16,048 bases of DNA. Source: a virus. Taxonomy: Duplodnaviria; Heunggongvirae; Uroviricota; Caudoviricetes. This document shows, in pieces, positions 6,946 to 15,595 of this stretch. Location of the stretch: positions 1-16,048 of IMG/VR virus record IMGVR_UViG_2636415477_000004. One strand, written 5' to 3'. Made by a program: the position numbers and the translations under genes. The first letter of the stretch is position 1. Every line of letters starts with the position of its first letter. Below the pieces are notes generated by a model, which saw only the letters and a program-made list of their open reading frames with translations, had not been told where the DNA came from and did no database searches.

Positions 6946-9369
6946 ATGTGGAACCTTTTGCGGCGAACCCGAAAAAACCAGAAATCAGGACGTGATGTAA
7001 AAGAGGTGGGCTGGACCAGCCTGTTTCAGGCGGTGGCTGAGCCCTTTTCCGGCGCCTGGCAGCAGGGCGTGAAAGCCGATCCTGAAGCCGTCCTCTCCTT
7101 TCATGCGGTGTTTGCATGTATTTCGCTGATATCCCAGGATATCGCCAAAATGCGGCTGCGTCTTATGCAGACGGATGCGCATGGGATACGCAGGGAAACG
7201 CGCCGGGGGGATATTGCCCGCCTCTGTCGTCGTCCCAACGCCCAGCAGAACCGCATCCAGTTTTTTGAACTGTGGCTGAACGCCAAACTGCGTCACGGCA
7301 ATACGGTGGTGCTGAAAATCCGTAATGCCCGGGGGCAGATCAAAGAACTGCGTATTCTGGACTGGAGCCGGGTTGAACCTCTGGTGGCGGATGACGGCGA
7401 GGTGTTCTATCGCATTACACCGGACCGGAACTGCGGGATCACGGAGGCGGTGACGGTGCCTGCCAGGGAAGTGATCCACGACCGGTTTAACTGTTTTTTT
7501 CATCCGCTTGTGGGGCTGCCGCCGGTGTATGCTGCCGGGCTGGCTGCCACGCAGGGGCATCATATTCAGGCAAATTCAACGTCTTTTTTCAGAAATGGCG
7601 GCAGGCCGTCCGGGGTGATTGAGATCCCCGGCAGTATAACGGAAGAAAATGCGAAAAAACTGAAGAGCAACTGGGACAGCGGGTATACCGGCGAAAATGC
7701 GGGGAAAACGGCGATCCTGAGCAACGGGGCGAAATATAACCCCACGACGTTTTCACCGGTGGATGCGCAGACGGTGGAACAGCTGAAAATGACGGCTGAA
7801 ATTGTCTGTTCGGTGTTCCGTGTCCCGGCCTACAAGATTGGCGTTGGCCAGCCGCCTTCCAGTGACAACGTGGAGGCGCTGGAGCAGCAGTATTATTCCC
7901 AGTGTCTGCAGACGCTGATTGAGTCCATTGAGCTGTTACTGGATGAGGCGCTGGAAACAGGGGAAAACGAGAGTACAGAATTTGATGTCACCACGCTGCT
8001 GAGAATGGACAGTGAGCGGCGCATGAAAACGCTGGGGGATGCGGTGAAAAATACGCTTCTCACGCCCAATGAGGCCCGTAAACGGGAGAACCTGCCGCCC
8101 CTGGCCGGCGGTGATGCACTGTATCTTCAGCAGCAGAACTACAGTCTGGAGGCGCTGTCCCGTCGTGATGCCCGTGAGGATCCGTTCGCGTCGACCGGGA
8201 AAACAGTTTCATCACAACTGCCTGACGGCGCATCTGACGGTAATAAGGCCATAAGCGAAACAGAGCATGATGCAGTGAAAGCGATGTTCAGGGGGGATAC
8301 TGAGAAAATGACGGAACGGGAACTGTCCATTATTCGTGCACTGGGAGAAGAATTCTCCACAGTGCTGGCGGATTTACAGCGCACATTTGAGGGGAAGATG
8401 GCCTCGCAGGCACAAGCGTTTGAAGAGAAACTGACTTCCCTGTCGGCGGTATTACAGAAGCATGTGACGGTGGATGAGGTGCGTCCGGTTCTGCAGGCGA
8501 TGGTGGATGACGCTGTGGGGGCCATTCCGGTACCGCGTGATGGTCGTGATTATGATCCGGATGTACTGCAGCAGGCGGTGAATGATGCGGTTGCGAATAT
8601 TCCGGTACCGGCGGACGGCAAAAGTATCACCCCCGATGATGTGCGTCCGATGCTTGAGCAGATGGTGAAAGAGGCCGTAAGTCATATCCCTGCTCCGCGT
8701 GATGGTCGTGATTACGATCCGGAAGTACTGAAGCAGGCGGTGAATGATGCGGTTGCGAATATTCCGGTACCGGCGGACGGCAAAAGTATTACCCCCGATG
8801 ATGTGCGTCCGATGCTTGAACAGATGGTGAAGGAGGCGGTAAGCCATATTCCTGTTCCGCGCGACGGTCGTGACTACGATCCGGATGTTCTGCAGAAGGC
8901 GGTTCTGGATGCGGTGAGTGCCCTGCCGGCTCCGCAGGACGGGCGTGATGCCACGGCACTGGAAATACTCCCTGCCATTGACGATCAAAAATCCTTTCCC
9001 CGGGGCACGTATGCCACACACCAGGGCGGACTCTGGCGGGCGTATGAAAAAACGCACGGGATGCGGGGATGGGAATGCCTGGTTGACGGGGTGGCCGATA
9101 TTGACGTCAGCATGACCGGCGAACGGTCGTTCACTGTGGTGGTCCGGCAGAGCAGTGGCCAGCGTACGGAAAAAACATTTTCCCTGCCGGTGATGCTCTA
9201 CCGCGGTGTGTTCAGAGCCGGTGAAACCTACCACCCCGGTGATACGGTGACGTGGGGGGGCTCGCTGTGGCACTGCAACAGTATGACCGCCGATAAACCG
9301 GGGGATGCGCATGCATCTGGCTGGACGCTGGCTGCCAAACGGGGACGGGATGCAGGAGGCGGAAAATGA
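6946..9369 (+). CDS. Portal protein (HK97-family core) with ~370-aa repeat-containing C-terminal extension
   Basis: 807-aa ORF. The N-terminal motif AVFACISLISQDIAKMRLRL and the central region (FRVPAYKIGVGQPP...) match portal patterns. GGAG lies 8 nt upstream of the ATG. Residues ~512-673 are tandem repeats. Confidence 0.75.
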   Translation: MWNLLRRTRKNQKSGRDVKEVGWTSLFQAVAEPFSGAWQQGVKADPEAVLSFHAVFACISLISQDIAKMRLRLMQTDAHGIRRETRRGDIARLCRRPNAQQNRIQFFELWLNAKLRHGNTVVLKIRNARGQIKELRILDWSRVEPLVADDGEVFYRITPDRNCGITEAVTVPAREVIHDRFNCFFHPLVGLPPVYAAGLAATQGHHIQANSTSFFRNGGRPSGVIEIPGSITEENAKKLKSNWDSGYTGENAGKTAILSNGAKYNPTTFSPVDAQTVEQLKMTAEIVCSVFRVPAYKIGVGQPPSSDNVEALEQQYYSQCLQTLIESIELLLDEALETGENESTEFDVTTLLRMDSERRMKTLGDAVKNTLLTPNEARKRENLPPLAGGDALYLQQQNYSLEALSRRDAREDPFASTGKTVSSQLPDGASDGNKAISETEHDAVKAMFRGDTEKMTERELSIIRALGEEFSTVLADLQRTFEGKMASQAQAFEEKLTSLSAVLQKHVTVDEVRPVLQAMVDDAVGAIPVPRDGRDYDPDVLQQAVNDAVANIPVPADGKSITPDDVRPMLEQMVKEAVSHIPAPRDGRDYDPEVLKQAVNDAVANIPVPADGKSITPDDVRPMLEQMVKEAVSHIPVPRDGRDYDPDVLQKAVLDAVSALPAPQDGRDATALEILPAIDDQKSFPRGTYATHQGGLWRAYEKTHGMRGWECLVDGVADIDVSMTGERSFTVVVRQSSGQRTEKTFSLPVMLYRGVFRAGETYHPGDTVTWGGSLWHCNSMTADKPGDAHASGWTLAAKRGRDAGGGK
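8479..8964 (+). repeat. In-frame tandem repeat inside the portal gene: three 162-bp units, each two ~27-aa sub-repeats
   Basis: Units begin at 8479, 8641 and 8803 (period 162 bp). Adjacent copies are near-identical at DNA level with mostly synonymous differences; sub-repeat pattern is L.Q.V..AV..IPVP.DG. Confidence 0.85.
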
Positions 9370-9692
9370 CGGCATTACTGACACTGGAAGAGATCAAGGC
9401 ACATCTGCGTGTCGACCATGACGCGGATGATGACATGCTGATGGACAAGGTTCGTCAGGCTACCGCCGTGCTGCTGGCCTACATTCAGGGCAGCCGGGAT
9501 AAGGTGATTCGTGAGGACGGTGAACTGATCCCGGGCGAGGCATTAACCCGGATGAAGGGGGCTGCCATGCGACTGACCGGGATGCTGTACCGGAATCCGG
9601 ATCTTGCGGAGCGGGAAGAACTGCTTCAGGGGGAGCTGCCGTTTTCTGTTTCCGTGCTGATTTACGATTTGCGTTGTCCGACGGTGTTATGA
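9366..9692 (+). CDS. Head-tail connector protein (gp6-like)
   Basis: 108-aa ORF with start overlapping the portal stop (ATGA); N-terminus MTALLTLEEIKAHLRVDHDADDDMLMDKVRQATAVLLAYIQG is typical of gp6-like connectors; position after portal. Confidence 0.65.
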   Translation: MTALLTLEEIKAHLRVDHDADDDMLMDKVRQATAVLLAYIQGSRDKVIREDGELIPGEALTRMKGAAMRLTGMLYRNPDLAEREELLQGELPFSVSVLIYDLRCPTVL

Positions 9693-9702
9693 GGAGGGGG
9701 GG

Positions 9703-10053
9703 ATGGCAATATCTGCAGGTCGTCTGACACAGATGATAAGTGTTCTGAACCCGGTGTTAACCCGTAATGCTGCCGGAGAAATGACGGAAGAATGGGTGTC
9801 ATGCGGGAAAATTCATGCGGATATCCGGGGCAGGAGCAGCCGGGAGCGGATGCAGTCCGGTGCGGAAATGGCGCAGGCGGAAATCCGCATCTGGGTGCGC
9901 GGTCTGTCTGGTCGTGAAATCACGGCGGCGTCACGACTTCATGTGCTGAGTGGTCCCTGGCGTGACTGTATCCTGAATGTTGTCGGGGTGCCCGTGCCGG
10001 ATGCGACCGGCGGGCGCCTGGAAATTCTCTGTCGGCTGGGAGGGGAAAAATGA
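9703..10053 (+). CDS. Head-tail joining / head closure protein
   Basis: 116-aa ORF after a GAGGAGGGGGGG Shine-Dalgarno; size, position and sequence character fit the small head-tail joining proteins. Confidence 0.6.
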   Translation: MAISAGRLTQMISVLNPVLTRNAAGEMTEEWVSCGKIHADIRGRSSRERMQSGAEMAQAEIRIWVRGLSGREITAASRLHVLSGPWRDCILNVVGVPVPDATGGRLEILCRLGGEK

Positions 10054-10496
10054 TCGAAACCCTGCTGGATTTTTCGGGACTTGAAGAAATAAGCCGTGAT
10101 TTGCAGCTTCTGAGTGGTGCAGAAAACAACCGGGTACTGCGTGAGGCAACCCGCGCGGGGGCGAATGAACTGAAAGAAGAAGTGGTGTCACGGGCACCGG
10201 TGCGCAGGGGAAAACTGCGCCGCAATGTGGTGGTCCTTTCCCGGCGCTCCCGCGATGGCGGGATGGAATCCGGTGTGCATATCCGTGGTGTTAATCCGGA
10301 CACCGGCAACAGTGATAACACCATGAAGGCGGATAATCCCCGCAATGCCTTCTACTGGCGGTTTGTGGAAATGGGGACCGTGAATATGCCACCGCACCCG
10401 TTTGTGCGCCCGGCGTTTGATGTGCGCAGTGAACAGGCAGCCCGGGTGGCGATTGCGCGGATGAACCGGGCCATTGATGAGGTACTGAGACGATGA
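10050..10496 (+). CDS. HK97 gp10-like tail component
   Basis: 148-aa ORF coupled by ATGA overlap; C-terminal WRFVEMGTVNMPPHPFVRPAF resembles the conserved gp10-family motif. Confidence 0.65.
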   Translation: MIETLLDFSGLEEISRDLQLLSGAENNRVLREATRAGANELKEEVVSRAPVRRGKLRRNVVVLSRRSRDGGMESGVHIRGVNPDTGNSDNTMKADNPRNAFYWRFVEMGTVNMPPHPFVRPAFDVRSEQAARVAIARMNRAIDEVLRR

Positions 10497-10837
10497 CGGA
10501 GGCGGATTTGTATCCTCATCTGGCGCATCTTGCCGGCGGGCAGGTGTACCCGTATGTGGTCCCCCTGCTGGATGGCAGGCCGTCGGTGGCGCTTCCGTGG
10601 GTGGTTTTCAGCCTGATTTCATCGGTGTCTGCGGACGTGATGGGCGGGCAGGCGGAGTCCTCAGTGTCGGTGCAGATAGACGTTTATGCCGGGACTGTGA
10701 CGCAGGCGCGTCAGATACGTCAGGACGCCCGTGAAGCCATAATGCTGCTGGCCCCGGGGTCCGTCAGTGAAATGCAGGACTATATTCCGGAAAACCGCTG
10801 TTACCGTGCAACCCTGGAGTTTCAGGTCACGGTGTGA
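10493..10837 (+). CDS. Tail terminator / tail completion protein (gpU-position, DUF3168-like)
   Basis: 114-aa ORF coupled by ATGA overlap, immediately upstream of the major tail protein gene. Confidence 0.55.
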   Translation: MTEADLYPHLAHLAGGQVYPYVVPLLDGRPSVALPWVVFSLISSVSADVMGGQAESSVSVQIDVYAGTVTQARQIRQDAREAIMLLAPGSVSEMQDYIPENRCYRATLEFQVTV

Positions 10838-10866
10838 CTTTTTCTTTTTTTCTACAAAACCCATAC

Positions 10867-10888
10867 CCCGCCGCGTGCGGGTTTTTTA
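10867..10888 (+). terminator. Terminator-like hairpin plus T-run upstream of the major tail protein gene
   Basis: CCCGC-cgcgt-GCGGG stem followed by T6, then ATTATCAGGAGG Shine-Dalgarno and the ATG at 10904. Confidence 0.4.
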
Positions 10889-10903
10889 TTATCAGGAGGC
10901 AGA

Positions 10904-11620
10904 ATGTCTGCTTTGTATGAACGCTCACAGCTGACGCAGGTGATGATTTCATCTGCCCCGGCGACTGCTGAAACTATGGATAAGGCGGAATATCTGCGCC
11001 TGGACTGCACCATCAAGGAAGTCCAGTTCACCGCCGGTCAGAAACAGGATATTGATGTGACCACGCTCTGCTCCACAGAGCAGGAGAACATCAACGGTCT
11101 GGGGGCGTCGTCCGAGATTTCCATGTCGGGTAATTTTTATCTGAATCAGGCCCAGAACGCCCTGCGTGATGCCTATGACAATGACACGGTGTATGCGTTT
11201 AAGGTGCAGTTTCCGTCCGGTAAGGGCTTTAAGTTCCTGGCGGAAGTGCGTCAGCACACCTGGTCATCCGGTACCAACGGCGTGGTGGCTGCAACGTTTT
11301 CACTTCGCCTGAAGGGTAAACCGGTGTCCTATGTGGTACCGCTGGCGTTTGTGAAAAATCCGGAGAAGACACTTACCGTGAATACCGGTGCGCTGCTGAC
11401 AATGTCAGTCAGTGTTAACGGGGGAACGCCGCCTTATAAACACGCCTGGAAGAAGGATGGTCAGCCGGTAGAGGGACAGACTACTGACACTTTCAGTAAA
11501 GCCAATACGCAGTCAGGTGATAAGGGGGCTTATACCTGCGAGGTAACGGATTCTGCAGAACAGCCGCAGAGCATTACCTCTGACGCGTGTACGGTAACGG
11601 TTAATGGTGCGGGCGGATAA
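10904..11620 (+). CDS. Major tail (tube) protein with C-terminal Ig-like domain
   Basis: 238-aa ORF with a strong Shine-Dalgarno, directly upstream of the chaperone and tape-measure genes. The C-terminal ~85 aa (TLTVNTGALLTMSVSVNGGTPPYKHAWKKDGQPVEG...GAYTCEVTD...CTVTV) have the W / Y.C hallmarks of an Ig-like domain. Confidence 0.75.
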   Translation: MSALYERSQLTQVMISSAPATAETMDKAEYLRLDCTIKEVQFTAGQKQDIDVTTLCSTEQENINGLGASSEISMSGNFYLNQAQNALRDAYDNDTVYAFKVQFPSGKGFKFLAEVRQHTWSSGTNGVVAATFSLRLKGKPVSYVVPLAFVKNPEKTLTVNTGALLTMSVSVNGGTPPYKHAWKKDGQPVEGQTTDTFSKANTQSGDKGAYTCEVTDSAEQPQSITSDACTVTVNGAGG

Positions 11621-11625
11621 GGCTT

Positions 11626-12000
11626 ATGGCAAAAGATCTGAAAACACTGGCACTGGCCAGGCTGTCGGGGTTCCGTCATAAAACGGTGAAGGTGCCGGAA
11701 TGGGGTAATGTCAGCGTGGTGCTGCGGGAGCCTTCGGCAGAGGCCTGGTATCTGTGGCGGGAAGTGCTGGATGGCGGTGATGCGGGTGACGATACCCTGT
11801 CGGTGGTGGCGAAAACCCGCCGTAACCTGGAAGCGGATGTGACGCTGTTCTGCGATGTCCTGTGTGATACGGATCTGCAGCGGGTGTTCACTCCGGACGA
11901 CCGTGAGCAGGTGCTGGCCGTCTATGGTCCGGTACATGCCCGGTTGCTGCGTCAGGCACTGGAACTGATCGCTGATGCAGAGTCGGCCAGAAAAAAGTAG
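11626..12000 (+). CDS. Tail assembly chaperone (lambda gpG-like)
   Basis: 124-aa acidic ORF between the tail tube and tape-measure genes; ends ...ESARKK with an A_AAA_AAG heptamer immediately before the stop. Confidence 0.8.
   Translation: MAKDLKTLALARLSGFRHKTVKVPEWGNVSVVLREPSAEAWYLWREVLDGGDAGDDTLSVVAKTRRNLEADVTLFCDVLCDTDLQRVFTPDDREQVLAVYGPVHARLLRQALELIADAESARKK
11991..11997 (+). promoter_or_regulatory. Programmed -1 ribosomal frameshift slippery heptamer (A AAA AAG)
   Basis: Heptamer sits in the gpG-like zero frame three nt before its TAG stop. The -1 frame is open from 11997 through 12305 with no Shine-Dalgarno before the first in-frame ATG at 12024. Confidence 0.7.
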
Positions 12001-12305
12001 CCCGCCCGGAAATTCGCTTTCTGATGCGACTTGCGCTCCGTCTGGGGCGCACCTTATCCGAACTGCGGCACAGCCTGAGTGCGAGCGAGGCGATGATGTG
12101 GATGGAGTTCGACAGGGTATCCCCGCTGGGTGATGAGCGCGGGGATATCCGTAATGCACAGATCGTGAAAGCGGTTTTTGGGGCACAGGGGATGAATGTT
12201 GCACTGAAGGACGCCATGCTCTGCTGGGGCGAGGATGAGGATAAGCCGGAGGTGGATCCGTTTGCGGCGCTGGAAGACGCGCTGAGCTTTGCAGCACAGT
12301 CATGA
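11997..12305 (+). CDS. gpT-like segment, expressed only as a G-T fusion by -1 frameshifting
   Basis: Reading frame in the -1 frame relative to the G-like gene, overlapping its end, with no independent ribosome-binding site; matches the lambda G/GT chaperone arrangement upstream of the tape measure. Confidence 0.7.
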   Translation, partial: VARPEIRFLMRLALRLGRTLSELRHSLSASEAMMWMEFDRVSPLGDERGDIRNAQIVKAVFGAQGMNVALKDAMLCWGEDEDKPEVDPFAALEDALSFAAQS

Positions 12306-12313
12306 ATGATGAG

Positions 12314-12334
12314 AACCGCTGAGGCGGTTTTTTT
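12314..12334 (+). terminator. Terminator-like hairpin plus T-run upstream of the tape-measure gene
   Basis: AACCGC-tgag-GCGGTT stem followed by a T-run; nearly identical in sequence to the hairpin at 4760-4779. Confidence 0.4.
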
Positions 12335-12352
12335 ACGCCCGGAGAAAGGTGA

Positions 12353-15300
12353 ATGGCGACGTTACGTGAACTGATTATCAAAATTTCGGCAAATTCGCAG
12401 TCATTCCAGTCGGAGATCCAGCGGGCTTCCCGCATGGGCAGTGAATATTACCGGACCCTGCAGAATGGCGGGCGTCAGGCTGCCGCAGTCGCCCGGGAGC
12501 AGCGACGCGCCCTGGCTGAGCTGAACAGCCAGTTGACGGAAATCCGCGCTTCAGCTGCCGGAACGGCGGGGGCATTTGCAGGTGCCTTTGCCACCGGACA
12601 CCTGATTTCTCTGGCCGATGAATGGAGTTCCGTGAATGCCCGACTGAAACAGGCGTCGCAGTCATCCGATGAATTTTCGTCATCACAGAAAGTGCTGATG
12701 GATATCAGCCAGCGGACGGGCACGGCATTTTCAGATAATGCGGCCCTGTTTGCCCGCTCGGCAGCCTCAATGCGTGAATATGGCTACAGTGCTGATGATG
12801 TGCTGAAGGTGACGGAGGCCATTTCCACGGGGCTGAAAATCTCCGGTGCCAGTACGGCAGAGGCGGGCTCGGTGATCACCCAGTTCAGCCAGGCGCTGGC
12901 ACAGGGTGTGTTACGCGGTGAGGAATTTAATTCGGTCAATGAAAGCGGAGACCGGATCGTACGTGCACTGGCTGCGGGTATGGGCGTGGCCCGTAAAGAC
13001 CTTAAGGCGATGGCGGACGACGGCAAACTGACGGCGGATAAAGTCGTTCCTGCGTTAATCAGCCAGCTGGGGGTATTGCGTGATGAATATGCCGCCATGC
13101 CGGAAACGGTCTCTGACGGGATCACAAAGGTGGAAAACGCCTTTATGGCCTGGGTGGGTGGCGCGAATGAAGCCAGCGGAGCGACGAAAACGCTCTCCGG
13201 CGTGCTGAATGGTGTTGCCGGACATATTGATAATGTGGCAACAGCCGCGGGGGCGCTGGTTGCCGTCGGGGTTGCCCGGTACTTTGGCAATATGGCCTCC
13301 GGAGCGGTGTCTGCCACGGCAGGACTTGTGACGGCAGCACGTAATGAAGTGGCACTGGCGGAAGCACAGCTCAGGGGGACGCAGATTGCCACGGCGCGGG
13401 CAAGGGCAGCCGTGTACCGTGCACAGCAGGCTGTGGCGGCAGCCCGCGGGACGGAGATGCAGATTGCTGCAGAAGCCCGTCTGGCGGCCACACAGGAACG
13501 CCTGAACAGAAATATTGCTGCCAGAACCGCAGCCCAGAATGCGCTGAACAGTACAACGGCGGTGGGCTCACGTCTGATGACTGGTGCGTTGGGACTGGTT
13601 GGTGGCGTACCCGGACTGGTGATGCTGGGGGCAGCAGCATGGTATACGCTGTACCAGAATCAGGAGCAGGCCAGGGAGTCAGCGCGCCAGTATGCACTGA
13701 CGATAGATGAAATCGCGCATAAAACGCCGTCAATGTCTTTGCCTGAAGCCTCAGATAATGAAGGACGAACACGGGCGGCGCTGGCAGAGCAGAACCGGCT
13801 GATTGATGAACAGGCCAGCCGGGTGAAATCCCTGCAGGAAAAAATCGCTGGATATCAGTATGTTCTGGCTAACCCTGGCTGGACAACCGGTGACGGATTC
13901 ATGATAAACCATCTGACATCGGTGAAGACCGTAACGGAAGGGCTTTCTCAGGCAACAGAGCAGCTTGCCGTTGAGCAGTCCCGTCTGGCACAGATGCAGG
14001 AAAAAGCGCAGTCCATTCAGGATGTGCTTGCCGGGCTGGAAGACCGTCGTGTGGCGTTAATTCGTCAGCAGGCGGCAGAGCAGAATAAGGTGTACCAGTC
14101 CATGCTGGTTATGAACGGTCAGCATACGGAATTCAACCGTCTGCTGGGGCTGGGGAATGAACTGCTTCAGCAGCGGCAGGGACTGGTGAATGTACCGTTA
14201 CGGCTGCCGCAGGCCACCCTGGATGATAAACAGCAGAGCGCCCTGACAAAAACAGAACGTGAGCTGGCCCTGTCCCGACTGAAGGGGGAGGAAAAAGAGC
14301 GTGCCCGGCTGGGGTATGCGGCGGATGACCTCGGTTTTGTGGGGGATTCGTATCAGGAGGCGAGACAGCGTTATATCAGTAATGCTCTGGAAGCCTGGCG
14401 TAATAACGAGGCGAACAAACCTAAATCCCGGGGTGGAAAATCAGAGACGGAAAAAGCGGAAGACAGTTTTTCCCGGCTACTGAAGCAGCAGAAAGAGCAA
14501 CTGGCACTGGCGGGTCAGAATACAGAGTTGGCGAAGCTGAAGTACCAGACTGCGCAGGGCGAACTGAAAACCCTGACGGAGATGCAGAAGCAGGAACTGC
14601 TGCGTAACGCGGCCCTGATTGACCAGCAAAAAATCCGGGAACAGTTGCGATCCCGGGAAGAGACCCTGAAGAATGATAATGTGGCTGCGCGTGCATCAAA
14701 TGAAGCCGAACTGCTGGGGTACGGGCAGGGAGAACGAGCCAGGGAACGCATGCGGGAGTTGCAGCAGATCCGCGACAGCTTCCGCCAGAAGGATGCGGAC
14801 CTTCAGTCTCAGTATCAGACCGGGGATATCAGTGAGGATTTTTACAGACAGGCACGGGCACAGAACGCGCAGTATCTGAGCGAACGCCTTAAGGACCAGG
14901 CAGCCTTTTATGCCGAATCGGATGCGCAGCGTGCGGACTGGCAGAAAGGGCTGCAGGAGGGGTTCAGTAACTGGGTGGATAATGCGTCCGATTACGCCTC
15001 ACAGGCAGCACAGCTGGCGACGGAGGGTATCTCAGGGATGGTGAATAACATCACGGAGATGCTGAACGGGAATAAAGTGGAATGGCGCAACTGGGCCTCA
15101 TCCGTACTGCAGGAAATATCAAAAGTTCTTATGAATGACGCGATTGTCAACGGAATTAAGACGGCGGCAAACGGTATGTCCGGTGCGGGAGGATTTATTG
15201 GCAGCATTGGTGACTGGCTGGGCGGTGCGGTGGCCAATGCAAAAGGCGGCGTGTATACCTCGGCAAACCTGAGCGCGTACAGCAACAGTATTGTGGATAC

Positions 15301-15595
15301 GCCCACGTACTTTGCCTTTGCAAAAGGGGCCGGGCTGATGGGGGAAGCAGGACCTGAAGCCATAATGCCCCTGACCCGGGCGGCGGATGGCTCGCTGGGT
15401 GTACGCGCGGTGGGCAGTATGAACGGCAGTGCCGGTCTGGTGTATTCCCCGGTCTACCATATCGCCATTCAGAATGACGGCGCTAACGGGCAGATAGGGC
15501 CGGAGGCGGCAGGCAGTCTTGTGCAGCTGATTGACCAGCGGGTGCAGGCGGTGATGCTGTCCATGCGACGTGACGGAGGAATGCTGAGTGGCTGA
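12353..15595 (+). CDS. Tail tape measure protein
   Basis: 1080-aa ORF after a GAGAAAGG Shine-Dalgarno; Ala/Gln-rich coiled-coil character, Gly-rich C-terminal region, located between the G/GT chaperones and gpM. Confidence 0.9.
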   Translation: MATLRELIIKISANSQSFQSEIQRASRMGSEYYRTLQNGGRQAAAVAREQRRALAELNSQLTEIRASAAGTAGAFAGAFATGHLISLADEWSSVNARLKQASQSSDEFSSSQKVLMDISQRTGTAFSDNAALFARSAASMREYGYSADDVLKVTEAISTGLKISGASTAEAGSVITQFSQALAQGVLRGEEFNSVNESGDRIVRALAAGMGVARKDLKAMADDGKLTADKVVPALISQLGVLRDEYAAMPETVSDGITKVENAFMAWVGGANEASGATKTLSGVLNGVAGHIDNVATAAGALVAVGVARYFGNMASGAVSATAGLVTAARNEVALAEAQLRGTQIATARARAAVYRAQQAVAAARGTEMQIAAEARLAATQERLNRNIAARTAAQNALNSTTAVGSRLMTGALGLVGGVPGLVMLGAAAWYTLYQNQEQARESARQYALTIDEIAHKTPSMSLPEASDNEGRTRAALAEQNRLIDEQASRVKSLQEKIAGYQYVLANPGWTTGDGFMINHLTSVKTVTEGLSQATEQLAVEQSRLAQMQEKAQSIQDVLAGLEDRRVALIRQQAAEQNKVYQSMLVMNGQHTEFNRLLGLGNELLQQRQGLVNVPLRLPQATLDDKQQSALTKTERELALSRLKGEEKERARLGYAADDLGFVGDSYQEARQRYISNALEAWRNNEANKPKSRGGKSETEKAEDSFSRLLKQQKEQLALAGQNTELAKLKYQTAQGELKTLTEMQKQELLRNAALIDQQKIREQLRSREETLKNDNVAARASNEAELLGYGQGERARERMRELQQIRDSFRQKDADLQSQYQTGDISEDFYRQARAQNAQYLSERLKDQAAFYAESDAQRADWQKGLQEGFSNWVDNASDYASQAAQLATEGISGMVNNITEMLNGNKVEWRNWASSVLQEISKVLMNDAIVNGIKTAANGMSGAGGFIGSIGDWLGGAVANAKGGVYTSANLSAYSNSIVDTPTYFAFAKGAGLMGEAGPEAIMPLTRAADGSLGVRAVGSMNGSAGLVYSPVYHIAIQNDGANGQIGPEAAGSLVQLIDQRVQAVMLSMRRDGGMLSG

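Noticed and set aside
6779-7000. 73-aa ORF between the capsid and portal genes
   Set aside because: No Shine-Dalgarno at appropriate spacing, and it overlaps the portal start, which has GGAG 8 nt upstream. Kept only as a low-priority note in findings.
8479-8964. Tandem direct repeats that could superficially suggest a CRISPR array or VNTR
   Set aside because: The period is 162 bp with no repeat-spacer structure; the repeats are in frame within the portal ORF and differ mainly at synonymous positions, so they are coding repeats.
8452-9384. 310-aa minus-strand ORF with its own repetitive translation (…RNIRNRIIHRLLQ…)
   Set aside because: Lies entirely antisense to the well-supported portal gene and its tandem repeat; the repeat simply propagates an open antisense frame. 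No ribosome-binding site or functional motif.
11530-12435. 301-aa minus-strand ORF spanning the tail tube end, G/T chaperones and tape-measure start
   Set aside because: Antisense to four coupled + strand genes with strong support; Pro/Arg/Ser-rich low-complexity translation typical of spurious ORFs in GC-rich antisense frames. The same applies to the other minus-strand ORFs at 2829-3194, 3416-4729, 4784-5177, 5340-7563 and 12378-15460.
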